DNA of 64,000 nucleotides from Eledone cirrhosa (lineage: Eukaryota), in the NCBI GenBank assembly GCA_964016885.1, contig OZ024742.1:72540001-72604000 (forward strand). The letters run 5' to 3'. The translations under genes were made by a program, and so were the position numbers. Positions 1 to 14,684 of this stretch are shown here, piece after piece (position 1 is the stretch's first letter; each line of letters starts with the position of its first letter). The notes under the pieces were generated by a model, which was not told where the DNA came from, did no database searches, and worked only from the letters and a program-made list of their open reading frames with translations.

Positions 1-849
1 TAGATTTATTTTAGTTTTACCTATTCGATGTTATATATGACTTACATAGTTCTGAAGTTCACAGAGAACACGTCAATAGTCCATTTGTAAGCCACACCCT
101 ACTTGTTGCTGACTTCTGATCAAAGAGCAAATTTATGTTACACCCAGCTAATATGTTAGAATTAAGAGTGAAGCAGTAGTTCTTTGAAGCTCTTATACAT
201 GGATAGCTTTAAATTTCAGCACATAATAAGTTATTACATTTGCGCAGTGAGCATTCTGGTAAAAAAATTTCTTCATCTGAAATCATAAATTGTTTAAAGG
301 AGACCAAAGGTGAAAAACATTAAAGGACACACCCACACAACCTAAACACCATCTCATATAAGAAAATTGATTCTATGAAATATTACATCAGCAATTGACG
401 TCATCCTCCAGGTTCTCAAGAATAACAAAGCAACCATTTTGCCTTGTTTAGTCTTATGTCACTTTCCACATTATATATTATCGAACCTTACTTCTGAATT
501 GTTGATTTGAGAAATGTAATGTATGCGGTTCATTTTCTTGTTGTCTCTCCATGTTCATAGTCCATTTACCTATCAGTATTTGAACTTTATTATCTGTTAT
601 ATGTTTGTTTAACTTAGAATCTAATCTTTTCAAAAATATGGATAAATCTGTCAGACCTTTCTAAAAAAATCTTCTCGTAAACTTTCCCATTGTTATTATT
701 ATTTACTTCTGGAATCTTCTTTCCCCTCTCTGTCTCTCTCATATTGTTTATATGTTTACATGTTTCTCTTACCAATCTCTATCACACAGCCACCACCTCG
801 GCTATTACTCCTTAAGTTTAGACCTGGTTGCTTTTCAATATTCTAAATG

Positions 850-3800
850 GACTACAAATTTGGAGAGTCTGAACAATCTGAACACTCAATGACAATGTCA
901 AAGATAAAGATAAATTCACCTCCCTCTGCCAGACGAGAATGCAATGCAAGGACTCCTCTTTATTTCAGACACGGATGGCTAACATAATTCCATCTCCCAC
1001 ACCCTTTCTGCGCCTCCAAACCATCCCTTCCATCCACCCAACGAAATCCAAAACTTCAGAGTTGGTACCATGAATGTAGGCACTTTGAAAGGTTGCTCAA
1101 ACGAGGTTGCAGAGATGCTTGAACGTAAGGAAGTTGATGTTTGTTGTGTTCAAGAGACTAGGTGGAGGGGTGGGTCTGCTAGATTCATTGTGGGTAAAAA
1201 ATGATGCTATAAACTTTTATGGATGAGAAATGACAATGGGCTGGGTGGAGTAGGAATTATGTTAGCAGAAAAATGGGTAGATAAGGTAATTGCCAGAAAT
1301 AGAGTGAACGACAGAATAATTAAAATAAGACTAGTCCTAAATAGAACTACTGTGACAATAATATCCAGCCTACCTGACGTTATAAAAGACAGGTTCTATG
1401 AGCTGCTAATGCTCACTACCTCCCAAATAACAGACAGTGACTGCATAATTATTGCCGGCGACCTAAATGGTCATGTTGGACAACATTGTGACGGCTATGA
1501 CGGAATCCATGGAGGCTATGGGTTTGGTACTAGAAATGAAGAAGGCTTCAGAATCCAGGAATTCTGTGACGCTAATAACCTAACTATCTGTGACACAAAC
1601 TTAAAAAAAATGAGACAATCACTTGATCACCTATAGATCATAGGAACACGCCAGCAAGGTAGATTATATCCTTACTAGAAGACGTGACAGAGTGTCTGTT
1701 GTAAACACTAAATAAGGAAGAGCAATTAGAGACATACAATATAGACGTAGAAAACAGTGGAAATTCTTGAAAGTTAACCTGCTGAAGGTGACATGAAATC
1801 TGTGGCTGGAGCAGACCTATTGGCAGGAGGAGAGTAATTTAGTGGTGGAACAGTAAGGTGGAGGAGACAATCAAGGCCAAAAAGCAGGCTAAGAAAGTAT
1901 AGCGGGATAGGGGAAGTAGAGAAAACTATCGAGTGGCCAGGAGAAGCTAGGAGACAAGTGTACTTTGCAAGAAGGGAAGCAGAGGATAGAAAGTTCAAGC
2001 ATGTTCTACAACGCGAGGACCAAAAATGTGAGGTGTTCAGGATTGCAAGACAATATGTCAAGGAAAACCGTGATATTGTCGGGGAGAAGTGTGTCCGTAA
2101 TGATGATGGTGTACTTGCCCTCACTGATACTGATAAGAGGTAGCTTGGAAATGTCACTACGAGAGACTACTAAATGAGAATAAATGGGAAAAAGATAGTC
2201 TGCCCCAAATTGATCCAATAGAGGGACGAGTGGTGCAAGTTGAAGGTAGTATAATATGTAAGGCAATCAAAGATATGGAGACAGGCAAGGCAGCTGGGCC
2301 TTCGGAGATAGTTGCTGAGATGTTGAAAGCATCTGGAATGGTCACCCGAATAGTAAACCAAGTAATACAGAATGGGGTCATATCAAATAACTGGCATAGC
2401 AGCATTATCATTAACTGCTACAAGGGTAAAAGAGATGCTCTAGATAGGGGAAACTATAAAGGCATTAAGTTGGTTGACCAGGTCATGAAGGTCACAGTAA
2501 AAGAACCACAGACACTCTTTTCCTTGAACGACAACTACAGAAGTACCTAGCTAAAAGTAAACCCCTCTACTTAGCTTTCGTTGACTTGGAGAAAGCCTTT
2601 GACAGAGTCCCCCACTCCATTATCTGGTGGGCTCTTAGAAAACTAGATGTAGATGAATGGCTTGTGAGAGCTATACAAGCCATGTATAAAGAAACAGTCA
2701 GCAAGATTAGAATTAAGAATGAATATAGTGAAGAATTTAGCGTAAAAGTTGGTATTCATCAAGGCTCTATCCTTAGCCGCCTCCTATTTATTATTGCCCT
2801 TCAGGCTATAACAGAGGAGTTTAAGACCGGCTGCCCACGGGAACTTCTATACGCAGATGATCTAACTTTCATAGCTGAATCTAGGGCTGAACTAGAGAAG
2901 AAATTCCAAACATGGAAGCATGGCCTTGAATCAAAAGGCCTTAAAGTTAACTTGTCAAAGACTAAAGTTCTAGTATGTGGAAAGGAAAATAGGGCACAAG
3001 TACCCTCTGGGAAATGGCCATGCTCAGTGTGTAGGAAAGGAGTAGGTAGAAATTTTATGTCCGAAATGCAAACGATGGGTACATAAAAGATGTAGTGGGA
3101 TCACAGGTAAGCTATCTAAGAACGTAGATTTTATATGTGGCCTCATGCTCAGGTGCAATAAGTAGCAAGTGCTCACAGGATACTAGCTCCTTCTATTGCC
3201 CAGATGGTTCTATAGAAATAGTGGACACTTTCCGTTACCTAGGTGACAAAATCAGCAGTGGTGGCGGGTGCTCTGAAAGTACAGTAGCCAGAGTCAGAAC
3301 GGGATGGAAAAAGTTCAGAGAGCTTATACTGCTGTTGGCCACGAAAGGTTTCTCTCTAAAAATGAAAGGCAGATTGTATGATGTCTGTATACGAACAGCA
3401 ATGTTACATGGCAGTGAGACATGGGCATTGTGTGCAGACTGGAAAGGAACAAAGCATGCATGCTCCGTTGGATGTGTAATAGTAATATACACGAACAGCA
3501 AAACATAAATGAACTAAGTGAGAAATTAGGAATAAGAGGGATCATATGCTGTTTACTTGAGAGAAGACTACATTGGTATGGTCACGTGATGCACATGAAA
3601 GATGACAGCTGTATAGAAAAGTACAGGGCGATCAAAATTGATGGAAGTTACGGAGTAGGTAGACCCAGAAAAACCTGGGACGATTTGATAAATTCCGACC
3701 TTACACACTTGCACCTCTCTAAGACAATGTCACTGGACCAAGATCTTTGGCACCACGCAATAATACAGAACACCCGCCTTGCCTATGTACAAAGCGAAAC

Positions 3801-4150
3801 CGAATATACACCCCAACCCACTACCCCTACTCCACCCTCCCACTCCCACCAACACCACCCTTTCTCTGTAAAGTTATGTTGGTACCACAACATCCAGTCC
3901 AAAATAATGAGGTCGTGTAGGTGTTACGACAAAGACACACACAGTCCATGCTGTAATGTAGCCATGTAGGTAACACGGTAAAAAGCTCCCAGTCCATACT
4001 GTAAATGTGGTTGGTGTTAGGAAGGGCATCCAGCCGTAGAAAACCTGCCAGATAGTCCTATATGAGCAAGACATGGTCACCTAACCAATCTTGCCGCAAG
4101 TGGGACAATTCCCGTCTAACCCATGCTAGTTAAACGATGATGATGATGAT
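850..4150 (+). mobile_element. decayed near-full-length RTE-clade LINE (APE endonuclease, reverse transcriptase, PHD-like finger)
   Basis: APE motifs GTMNVGTL/VQETRW/GDLNGHVG; RT motifs DLEKAFDRVP, GIHQGSILS, YADD; C-terminal GRPRKTW; (GAT)n tail; several frameshifts. 5' boundary approximate. Confidence 0.92.
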
Positions 4151-5335
4151 ACAATGCTTTAAGCAAACTAAATTTTATTAAAAATAAAATTACTTAAAAA
4201 AATATTAAACAAACAGGAAATAGATAAATAAGTTTGAGTCATGGAAGAAAGAAAATGGATGAAAAATATCAATACAGGAAAATCATATTACCAATACATG
4301 TATAAAGGTCGATCTACTTTTCCATATACCTTATGTTCTTCACAGATAATAGATCAGCATTTGTGAATTTATCCTGATGTTATGACAAGGAAATTAATAT
4401 TTCTATGTTATTATGATGCATGCAAGTGGAAACATCTATAAGAGCTACATGGCCTTATTTATTTGTCTTGGTAGGAGAAAGTCTGTCTTGGTGTGTAGAA
4501 ACATTGGTGTTATTACTGTAATTCATTGTTTTTGTTTTATATTCATTTAGTGTCCATTTAAGATTCTGATTATTGATATGGTATTTTGGATAGTAGTGTG
4601 AAATATCAGCTCCTTGAAAGTAGGATCCATGTAATCGTCAGATCCATAAATTTAACCTAAAATATTTGACTTTTTACAGAAGTATATATAATAACAAAAA
4701 GTTAAAACATTTATCAGTTTCAAAGAGGATAAAAAGTTAAAGTGTCTGGTTTGTTAAATTTTCAGGGATCTTTTTGAAATCAAAAGTAACATGTTTTAAC
4801 AAAGATTTCGTAAATATTAGATTAACCTTGGATAAATTCAATTTAGTAAATGAGACAGGAATTTAATTTAATGAACCCTGATTATTCAGAACTGATAATG
4901 TTAAAAGAATTTGAAACAATATGTTGTATACAAAGATAAGAATATTAAAACCCAACCAAAACAAATTTGAATAAATATTCAGTAAATCTGTCTTCATTGT
5001 TCTCCCTTTCTTCCTACCTATTCCACCATTTCACAACTATTCTCTCTGCTCCTCCATATATTGCTCCCTATTTTTTCATTATTTTTTCTTTTAATTTTTA
5101 CATGCCTTCTATATATTCATACAAGTGAACAAGTTCTTATTCCACTTTGAAAATTTCTTGTCTCTACATATAATTCTTTGAGTAATTGGATTCAATTTAC
5201 TTTGATCGAAAACCCCCCCAAATAAACGACCCTAGACCGATTATATAATGCATACAATGAAACACATGTCAATGTTATGCAATAAATGATAATCTCACTC
5301 TTCTGGTACATGGCATTTTAAATGAATTTTATAAT

Positions 5336-5378
<43 letters not shown>

Positions 5379-8300
5379 CACACACACTTATATATACAGA
5401 GTCTCAGTCTAAATATAGTGAATGGAGATATAACTCCAATCAACTGGGACTATCCTCACAATGTCAAAACCCACATTCCCATTAAGGGCATGTAATTCAT
5501 GGAAAGCAAGCAATGAAGATAATTCCTTGGCTGATCCAGGCTCTTTGCAATAAATTAAGAGAATGCGGTAGCTATAAGCCAACTTGGTGAAAGCAACAGG
5601 CATGTTTTGATCTCATTAGATCTCCTCAGCAAAGTATATTTACTTTGGAAGTTGGCTTGACTTAAATTGTCAGATAGATGATATAAGAAAGAGAAAAGAA
5701 ATAATGTGCGGATTAAAAAAAGGTGAAAATGCATGAGGGTATGGCTGTGCATGTGTATACATACACTAAATAAATCCTGCTAGGTGAAAAACAAAACAAA
5801 AAACAAACAAGAATAAGAGAGAAGAAACAAACAAGTTTATAATGATACAACCATTTCATTGCCAAATTTAAGTTTCTTTGAAGAAAAATCCATATAGAGC
5901 AGAAAGACAGACATTTTATTGAAACACACATGCATGTGTGTGTATTAATATATGCTTATATATATATATGTTTATGTGTGTAAATATATATACATATATG
6001 TTTATGTGTAAATATATATACATATATATATGTGGTTATGTAAAAATATACATACATATATATGTATAAATATATACATGTATGCATATATGTAGGTGTG
6101 TATATATATATGTATAAATAAATATATGTACATATTTATAGATATGCATTCACATATAAATATGAATATATATGCCTGTGTATATGTGTGTGTTTATGCA
6201 ACTGTCTGTCAAAGATATAGTATCTGTAAAGGAAAATATGAATGTAGATTGTAAAATGTAATTGCCTTCTTAAACATCACCATGGGGCCTGTATAGAAGC
6301 TGGTGCTTAACTCCAGCTTTATGGTGTGAAATAGAATGAAGGATTAAAACCTCTCTCCCTGGATAGGACAGCAGTCTGTGACAGGTATAACACTCCCGAA
6401 ATTAACTGGCATCTATTTCTCCCCATGATAGTTATAGTAAACTGAGAAAATATAGACTAAAGTGTTCTGCCACAGAAACAAAACATCACAGCAGTGAATT
6501 TGAACTCATTTCAATACCTTATCCACTTGATGAAAATATGAGTGAAGAAAGTACTATAGTTAGTTCTGTGTACATTATATATATGTGTGTGTGTGTGTGT
6601 AGTTTGAAGAGGCATCTGCCAAAAAAAAAATTCATTGTCACCTTCTTTATAATATGTGTGGGTATGTGCATACTGCATCTGTATGTATATAAAGATATGC
6701 AAGTGTATATGGTTATGCATGTATGTCAGAGAAAGGAGATCTTGTAAAGGAATGATGAGGGAGATATTTGAACAAGAGAAAGGAGTGTGTTTGAGTGTGC
6801 GTGTATATATCATACATATGTACCATATATACTCTTGTATAAACTGCACCGGTAGATATGTCATAACGTTTTACGTACAACACTTACAATGTACAATATA
6901 TTTTGAACTGAATTTTTGGAGGCCCAGTAGATAAATTGCAAACTGGATTTTCACACATTTCTACTCAAGTATCAATGGTTTGTGTGTGAGTGTGTGCATG
7001 TTTTATGGGTTTATAAACATGCATTGAATGAAGGACTTATAAACTGTTTATAGAGTTGTTGTAATATTTGTTATTAATAGTAACTGTATATTTAGAAGTT
7101 TCACAGAGGTACAGGCTTTTCAAAACACCAGTAGCTTCATTGAAACTTTGAAATAAATAGTCACTATAAATAACAAAATTACACACACACACAGAGCCAT
7201 TTGTAAACATCAAGGTCTGAGGTATACAGATCAGAAGTTTGTATATATCATGTCAAATAAAATGATCTATTCAGGTATGAAACCAGATGGTAGCCAACAA
7301 TGTTGTTTTATATATATTTATATAGACAGAGAGAGAAGGGTATGTGGGTAGTGAGAGATGAAGGCAGGAGTAAGGTAGAAGAGAGATCAGAATGAATGTG
7401 TGGGAGTAGAGTAGTTCACTGCTACATGTTTGCATGTTCCATCATAAATATTTTAAATTCAGGTTATGATTGAAATACACTTTACTTCCTTTAAAAGTTG
7501 CTGAAAACAACAAAAAGAAAAAAAAAAACAAAAGGTAAGAGAAAAGATACATTTTTCTTTTCTTGTTGCAGAAACCAATGTGTGGTAGACCAAATATTGG
7601 AGGAAGTTTGTCTTCTGTGGAACATCTGGGATAGGATTACAGGGCCTGGCATGCAAGGAGAGAGAGCCCATTGTTTTTTGTCCATAATTGTCTTTTTTTT
7701 TTCAGTTCTTATTTTCTATATTTTTTTCAAGTCATTGCTGTTGCTGTTATTGTAGTTGTGAGTTTTCCACTGTTCACTGTAGTAGTAGTAGTAGTGGTGG
7801 TGAAGATAGTAGCAGTGGTGGTGAAATAAAATAAATGTTTTCATTTCTAAGCCCCCCCCCCCCCCCCCCCCTCTCCAAAAACCTACACAATGGTCCCGCA
7901 TCTGATGTATGGACCCGTAACTCCTGATGGAGCCATTGTAGTGACATCTTACAATCTGTCAGAGCCCATCCTTCTCCTTGTCTGAACCAATTTCTTCAGA
8001 GAGGAAGCGAGAGAGTGAGAAAGAGGTATAGAGGAATAATTGATCCCACTACTGGGCTGGTACCGTTTTTTATTGACCATCAAAGGGTGAAAGGCAAAGC
8101 TGATCTTAGCATAGAGAGCTGGGACAAATATCACAAAGCATTCTATTCGACATTCTAATGACTCTCCCATCATGTGTTTTAAACCATGAGGTTGTGAACA
8201 CAGGTGGGTGGAAAATATTAAAGCATACTGTACAACTCTCAATATTCTGTTCCACATAAAACGACAACACCTAATATAATGGAGAAAACTATAATCCATT

Positions 8301-11300
8301 CTCTTAGCATTCTTCTCCCAACTTTCTATCTTTTGAGGTTGAAAGACGAAGTTAACCATGGCAGAATTTGAACTCAGAATGTAAAGAACTAGAATAAATA
8401 CTGCAAGGCATTATATCCAACATTCTAATGATTCTTAACTTCTATGATAGCCACTAGACCACAGATACTGGGGAAAAGAAATCTAGACCTCAGCATTTAA
8501 TTGGTATTTTATCTTATTGACTCAAAGACGAAAAGCAAAGTCAATCTTGGTGCAATTTAAACTCAAAGTGTAAATAAATGTAACTGACTACCAGACCATT
8601 GATCCATCCCTATATGGATTCTTCCAACCATGACCACCATCCCGATAATAATAATGGTTTCTGACGTAGGCACAAAGCTAACAATTTGGCGACAAGGGAA
8701 AGTCGATTAAATCGACCACAGTGCATTACTGGTGCTTAATTTTATCAAACCTGTAAAGCTGAAAAGTAAAGCTAACTTCAGAGGGATTTGAACTCAGAAC
8801 CTGGCCATAACTATGCCACAAAGCATATTGTTCACCACTCTGATAAAAAAAATAATGGTTTCTAATTTAGGTACAAAGCCAAAAACTTAGGGTAAAAGGT
8901 TAGCTGATTAAATTAATCCAATACATGACTGGTACTTAACCCCAGAAAGATGAAAGTTTATTGAGCTTGGTAGGATTTGAACTCAGAATGGAAAGCAACT
9001 AAATCTTGCAAGGTTTTTTTGTTTACTACTGATTCTGACATGCACTGCCATCATTTTATGCTTGCTTTCCATGCTGGCATGGGTTGTCACAATCCATGCC
9101 AGTTCTTATTCAGAGTTGCTCCTTTCTAGATATAAGAAGGATTACATCTTGCTTGTATGTTCCATTTTCAGCATGTTTGTTTCTAGAGATGAACACCTTT
9201 CCTGACATAAACCAGTTTACACAATGCAGAGGAGTGAAAGACAACTAAATACCAGGCTTTGACTGATCATTTTTTTTTTGTGCCTGTGCTTTTGGTCCTT
9301 GAACTACCATTTCATCCTCAAATTTGGGAGAAGGAACCCATGAGGTTGAGGACTGATACAGTGGGCATTAGTCTGTTCTCTGATGGTGGTGGTGATTATG
9401 ATGATCTTTTCTTTAATAATACCATCTCAGTGTTAGAACAGGCACACAATATCCCTGCATATAGCAAGAGGTCACTAAAGTTATAAAACCTTGCCTCAAC
9501 CCACAATCAGCATGGAAAAGTGGACATGAAATGATGATGATCTATTCTTTATTGACAATAATAGTTATGTGTTTGCATGTTGTAAGAGGTGGGTGTTAAG
9601 AAAGTCATCAGACCATAAAGGTAGTCCAACTCATTCCAGCATGGAAAAGATGATGTGAACACAATGTGGCCATGGTGGTGAATATGTAGAGTGTTTCTAT
9701 TCACGTCATGCAATATCAACTTCACTGTAGGGCAGGGGATCTGAAGAAAAAGAGTCCTTCACGAGTGACCAAACTACTATGGACCTATAATGTAAAGAGA
9801 ACAAACAGGCTTTGGTGGAGCTGGTGGTGGTAGTACTACACCAACCCAATGGTAATAGTAATACTAACAGTCGTAGTGGCAGTAATAGTAGAGATAGTGT
9901 CAGGTGATGATGGATGGGTGTCAAAATATAACAAATCTGTACATTGGCTGATTGTACTAGCCAATGATGATGATCACCATGATCACACATTATTATTAAT
10001 GGTCATTATAGAGGTGCCAATGAAATGTAAGTTCTAGTAAGTCATATAAAAAGACACTCTCACCATCACATCAATTTCCATTGTCCCCATTATCATAATC
10101 ATCAATATCACCATCAAAGCCTATAAGAAAGAGGATACATGGTACCGTTTCTTGGGATCTCAGAAAATGCTCATATATATTGAAGACTAGAAATTTACTA
10201 AAAGGGAGCCTGAGAAACTGTTTCCACTGATAAAATTCCTCTCAGTTGTCATCACATCACCATTGTGATCATCACTCACCACTACTACCATCATAATCAT
10301 TATTCTCATAACTACCACAATCATCATCACGGTCGGAGTTCAAATCCTGTCAAGGTTAACTTTGCCTTTCATCCTTACGGGGGTCGATAAAATAAAGTAC
10401 CAGTAATACACTGGGATAATTGCTGGCCTTGTGCCAAAAGTAGAAACAATTATTAATATATCAATTAGCCACATACTGACAAATAGGGTTAAAAGAAAAT
10501 CACAGAAAGAGAGAACCTCATTTCACTATTATCTCATCTTTGATCTACTTCTACTGTGTTAAAGTTTCCTCCCACCATCACAAATGCCACAGGCCTTCAT
10601 ATTCTGAGTTACCTCCCTTAATTTGTCACTTCACTTCTTTCATATTTTCTCTTTCACAAGACTTTTGCCTGATCTCATTCAACCATTAGTAGCAGATGTA
10701 ATACTACAAACAGCCTCTTCATAAAATTAACATGCAAATGGATGAGCATTCTCCAGATACATGCCCCTTTAATGCAATGCAGTGCAACACCATGTAACAA
10801 GGCTAGCCCTTTGAGTTACAGGTACAACTCGTTTTTGCCAGTCAAATGAATTGGAACAATGTGAAATACAGTGTCTTGCTCAAGGACTCAATGCACTACT
10901 GGGAATTGAACTCATGACCTTATTACCACCAGCCAAATACCCTAACCACTAAGTCACATACCTTCACACACACATACATATATATATGTATATTAAGAAC
11001 TGATTTCATAGTTGCTTATCCTAACTTGATATTCTTATCTTCATACTACTGAATATTCAATGGTATAATACTTTGAGTGGTAAGTGTATTTGTCATTGAA
11101 GTAGGCAATGGGTCAGAAGAGTTGTTTCAGCATATTTGTTTTGGCTCTCTACATTCTGAATCCTGCTGGGGTCAACTTTTTGGGGTTGATACAATAAAGA
11201 ACAGGATGGTGGATTGACAGAATTGTTAGACACTCAGATGAGATGCCTTGTGGAAGTTGTTCTGGTTCTTAGCATTCTGAGCTTAAATCCTGCTGTGGCC

Positions 11301-12133
11301 TACTTGGGAGGTAGATTCAATTCCTAGCCTTGTTTAACACCTCATGTAGCCCTTAGATGCATTTATCAGAGTCCTCTCTGTTGTAAACATTTGAACTAGA
11401 TCTCTGCTTGTAGATACCCCTATCCATCATTTCTACCAATCTTGGTGGCTGTGAAGAGTGTTATGGGTACATCCCCTCCCTCGTTGACTAAATGAGTACA
11501 AAAAGAAATAAAAAAGCAGCAACGTTGAAATAGATGCCTAATCTCAGAACCATTATTGCAAGAGCAGAGATTTGAACTGATAACAAGCAGTTTAATAGCA
11601 TGACGGTTTAACCTCACAACCATTTCTCTCTATCTTATATATATAAGTGAATAAGATCTCAACACAAATACATGCTACCTAAGGTTTCTAACTTATATAC
11701 ATATATACACACACATGTTTCACTCATTGGACTGTGGCCATGCAGGGCACTTCCTTCAAGATTATAGCTGGTCATATCGAGTCTAGTATTTCTAGACATA
11801 TTTTACTGACCTCAAAAGAATAAAAAGCAATGCTGTCCTGTTGCCCTAAGTAGGATTTGAACTGGGAACACAGGAGACATAACCATATTCCCCACAGTAC
11901 TTTTAAAATAATTTACTAATCCTATCATCCACTACCCAATCATATATATACATACATATATAAACAAAAACACAGAAGACAAAAATAGAATCAAATAAAA
12001 CCAGGAAATATATTAAAAATAAACAAAACAAATAAAACCCCCAAAATGTTAACATTTTTTAATGTGTATATATATATATATATGCATACAAATATATATA
12101 CCTACATATACACACACACATATATATATATAT

Positions 12134-12470
12134 TCATTCATTTCATTTTACGTCCACTTTTCCCTGCTTGCAAAGGTGGGACGGGAACTGATTCTGGCTT
12201 AATTTCTACAGCTGGATGCCCTTCCTAACACCAACCTCATTTACAGTGAGTGCTGGGTGCTTTTTTTGCCGTGGCACCTCCACGTCCACTTTGCAGTGGA
12301 ATGATAGGGACCCCAGTCCCTATCATCTCATTTCTACAGCTGAGTAAACTGGAGCAATGTGAAATAAAGTGTCTTGCTCAAGGAAACAACACATCACCCG
12401 GTCTGAGAATTGAACTCACAACCTTTCGATTGCAAGGCCAATGCTCTAACCACTAAGCCATGTGCCTCCA
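12134..12470 (-). mobile_element. young tRNA-derived CORE-like SINE, copy 1
   Basis: A box TGGCTTAGTGG, B box GAGTTCAATTC, CORE-like tccttgagcaagacac...cagtttactcagctgtagaaatg, RTE-like tail; near-identical to three other copies. Confidence 0.9.
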
Positions 12471-12829
12471 CATACAAATATATATACCTATATATACATA
12501 CATACACACACACACACATTATATATATATATATATATATATACATCTTTTAGAGATTATAACAAAGATTTTTTTTAAAAACAAGATTGGTACTTACTTG
12601 ACACCAATACAGAATTATACAACACCTGATATATACAAACTTTAGATTCCCATGACCCACCTACCAAAAAAAAAAAACTAGAAACCCACTGGTAGACATA
12701 ACAGCCTGGAAATAAGGAGACATGTGGGAGATGGGTGAATGGGTGGGGGTAAAGCAAGGAAAGGAAACGTCTAGATAAATGGAAGGAGAAAATAAAAAAA
12801 ATAAAAAGAACCCCAAAATTCTTCAAAAT

Positions 12830-13235
12830 GTTGGGGCCTTCAGCATGGCTGAAATTGTGTGATAAACAATTTCTGCATTCATTTCACATTGTTATTGTAT
12901 GTCATAAAGAAAGAGCAATGTTGGGGCTCAGGAATGGCTGAATGCAGTAAAAGAGTAACCTCTTGCTAAATTTATACTTTGTTTCACATTGTATGTGTCA
13001 ATAGAGTGTGATATGATGTAAGGTACGCCAGCAGTAAAAGAGCAGCAAAACGTTTGTTAAATTTGTTGAGTGACCCCCAATTTCTGCTTCATTTCACTTT
13101 GTCATTGTATGTGTCAAAAGAACGTGTGATGTCATGCCAGGGGCTCTAGTATGGCTGTGAACAGTTCAAGGGTAATCCTCACTTAATTTGCTGGGTGACC
13201 CCAATTTATGCTTCGTTTCACATTGTTGTCATATA
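12830..13235. repeat. degenerate ~90-125-bp tandem repeat
   Basis: Recurrent tttcacattgt..tgtatgt and ggggc..atggctg blocks, about 4 copies. Confidence 0.7.
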
Positions 13236-14684
13236 TGTGAAAAAAAGATTGATGTTAGTCAGTGAAACATAATTCCTTTAGAAGCTGTTGTTGCCTATAT
13301 AGCTTTGTAACTGAAAGTACTAAGTACAAGAGTGAGGTGAATTGATGCAATCAAGAATTGAACTGGTTTCACAGAAGAACAAGTGTACCAGGAGACCTCT
13401 AAATGAAAGGTATGGTACAGTTAGTATTGAGGTTGGAGTAAGTGTTCATATTTTTTTCAATTTCTTTTTTTACTATTTTATATCAAGTGCATACTACCAT
13501 ACCACTATATTTGCAAGAATGAGATGGTTTATTTGGTGGAGTTCTTTAGTTGCATGGGTGGTACCTTCATTTTCTTTTTTACCGCTAACCACTCAACTGT
13601 GAAGTAGAGAGTGAAACAGGTGGCTGCAGTGGCTTATTTTTTTTATCTGTTATTCCAACAAACTGTCTGACTGGAGCAAGTAGTGAGTTGTGGTTCTATG
13701 ATATGAAATTATGAATGTTGGACCCTAAGTGGCACAACACCTTTAAACTACACAATCACTATAATTATTCTCTTAATCATTAATGATTAAATAAATTAAA
13801 TAATTAAATTATATTTTAACATATCAAAAGATTAAACAGAAAACAATAAACAAAGTGGTGACCACTAATAAATATATACATTATGTTTTTTTTATATATA
13901 TTTGGCACATGGCTTAGTGGTTAGGGTGTTCAGTTTATGAGCATAAGATCATGAGTTCGACTCCCTGCAGTGCCTTGTGTCCTTGAGCAAAACTTTACTT
14001 CACATTGCACCAGTCTAATCAGTTGGCAAAAGTGAATTGCACCTATAATTCAAAAGGCTAGTTTTGTCACACACTGTCATACTGAATCTTAGGAATTACA
14101 TAAAGGGTACATGTGTATCTGTGGAATATTCAGCCACTTGAACATTAATTTCATGAGCAGGCTGTTCTATTGCTTGAACAATTGGAATACTCATCAGAAT
14201 TGTCTCAAATCCAACACACGCACAATTGTGGGTACAAATGAATGAAAGAGAAATCATCAAGATGAAAGTTGAAGATATTTACATTAACAGTGATTACGCA
14301 TTACCAGTGATTTCATAGACATAAACATGTCTAACTCCTTCAGATGCTTCTGAAGGAGTTAGACATGTTAATATCTATAAAACCAGTGATAATGTGTAAG
14401 TTAAACTGATACCCCTCTTTTGCCATTCAGTGGGTTTATATGCCCCATTATTAGATTATATTATTTAGTCAATGTTATGGTGATGCTTCTATTTTTATTT
14501 CAATTCTAAATCTTTGCTTGCCACATTCCAAACATATTTCCTTCATATATATATTTATTTATTAAAATATGTGGCTAACCGACCAGGGATGTGCAGACCA
14601 CATTATGGTCAGTTGGCTGTGATGCAGATAAAATGAAGCGCTCAATGACCTGTATAAGTGGTACAAGCTAGAACATTATGTAGC

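Noticed and set aside
5409-5603. 64-aa minus-strand ORF
   Set aside because: No recognisable family and no convincing splice context.
12250-12456. Recurrent ORF (FFAVAPPRPLCSG...), also at 41680, 46718 and 63613, as a gene family
   Set aside because: Antisense reading of the SINE.
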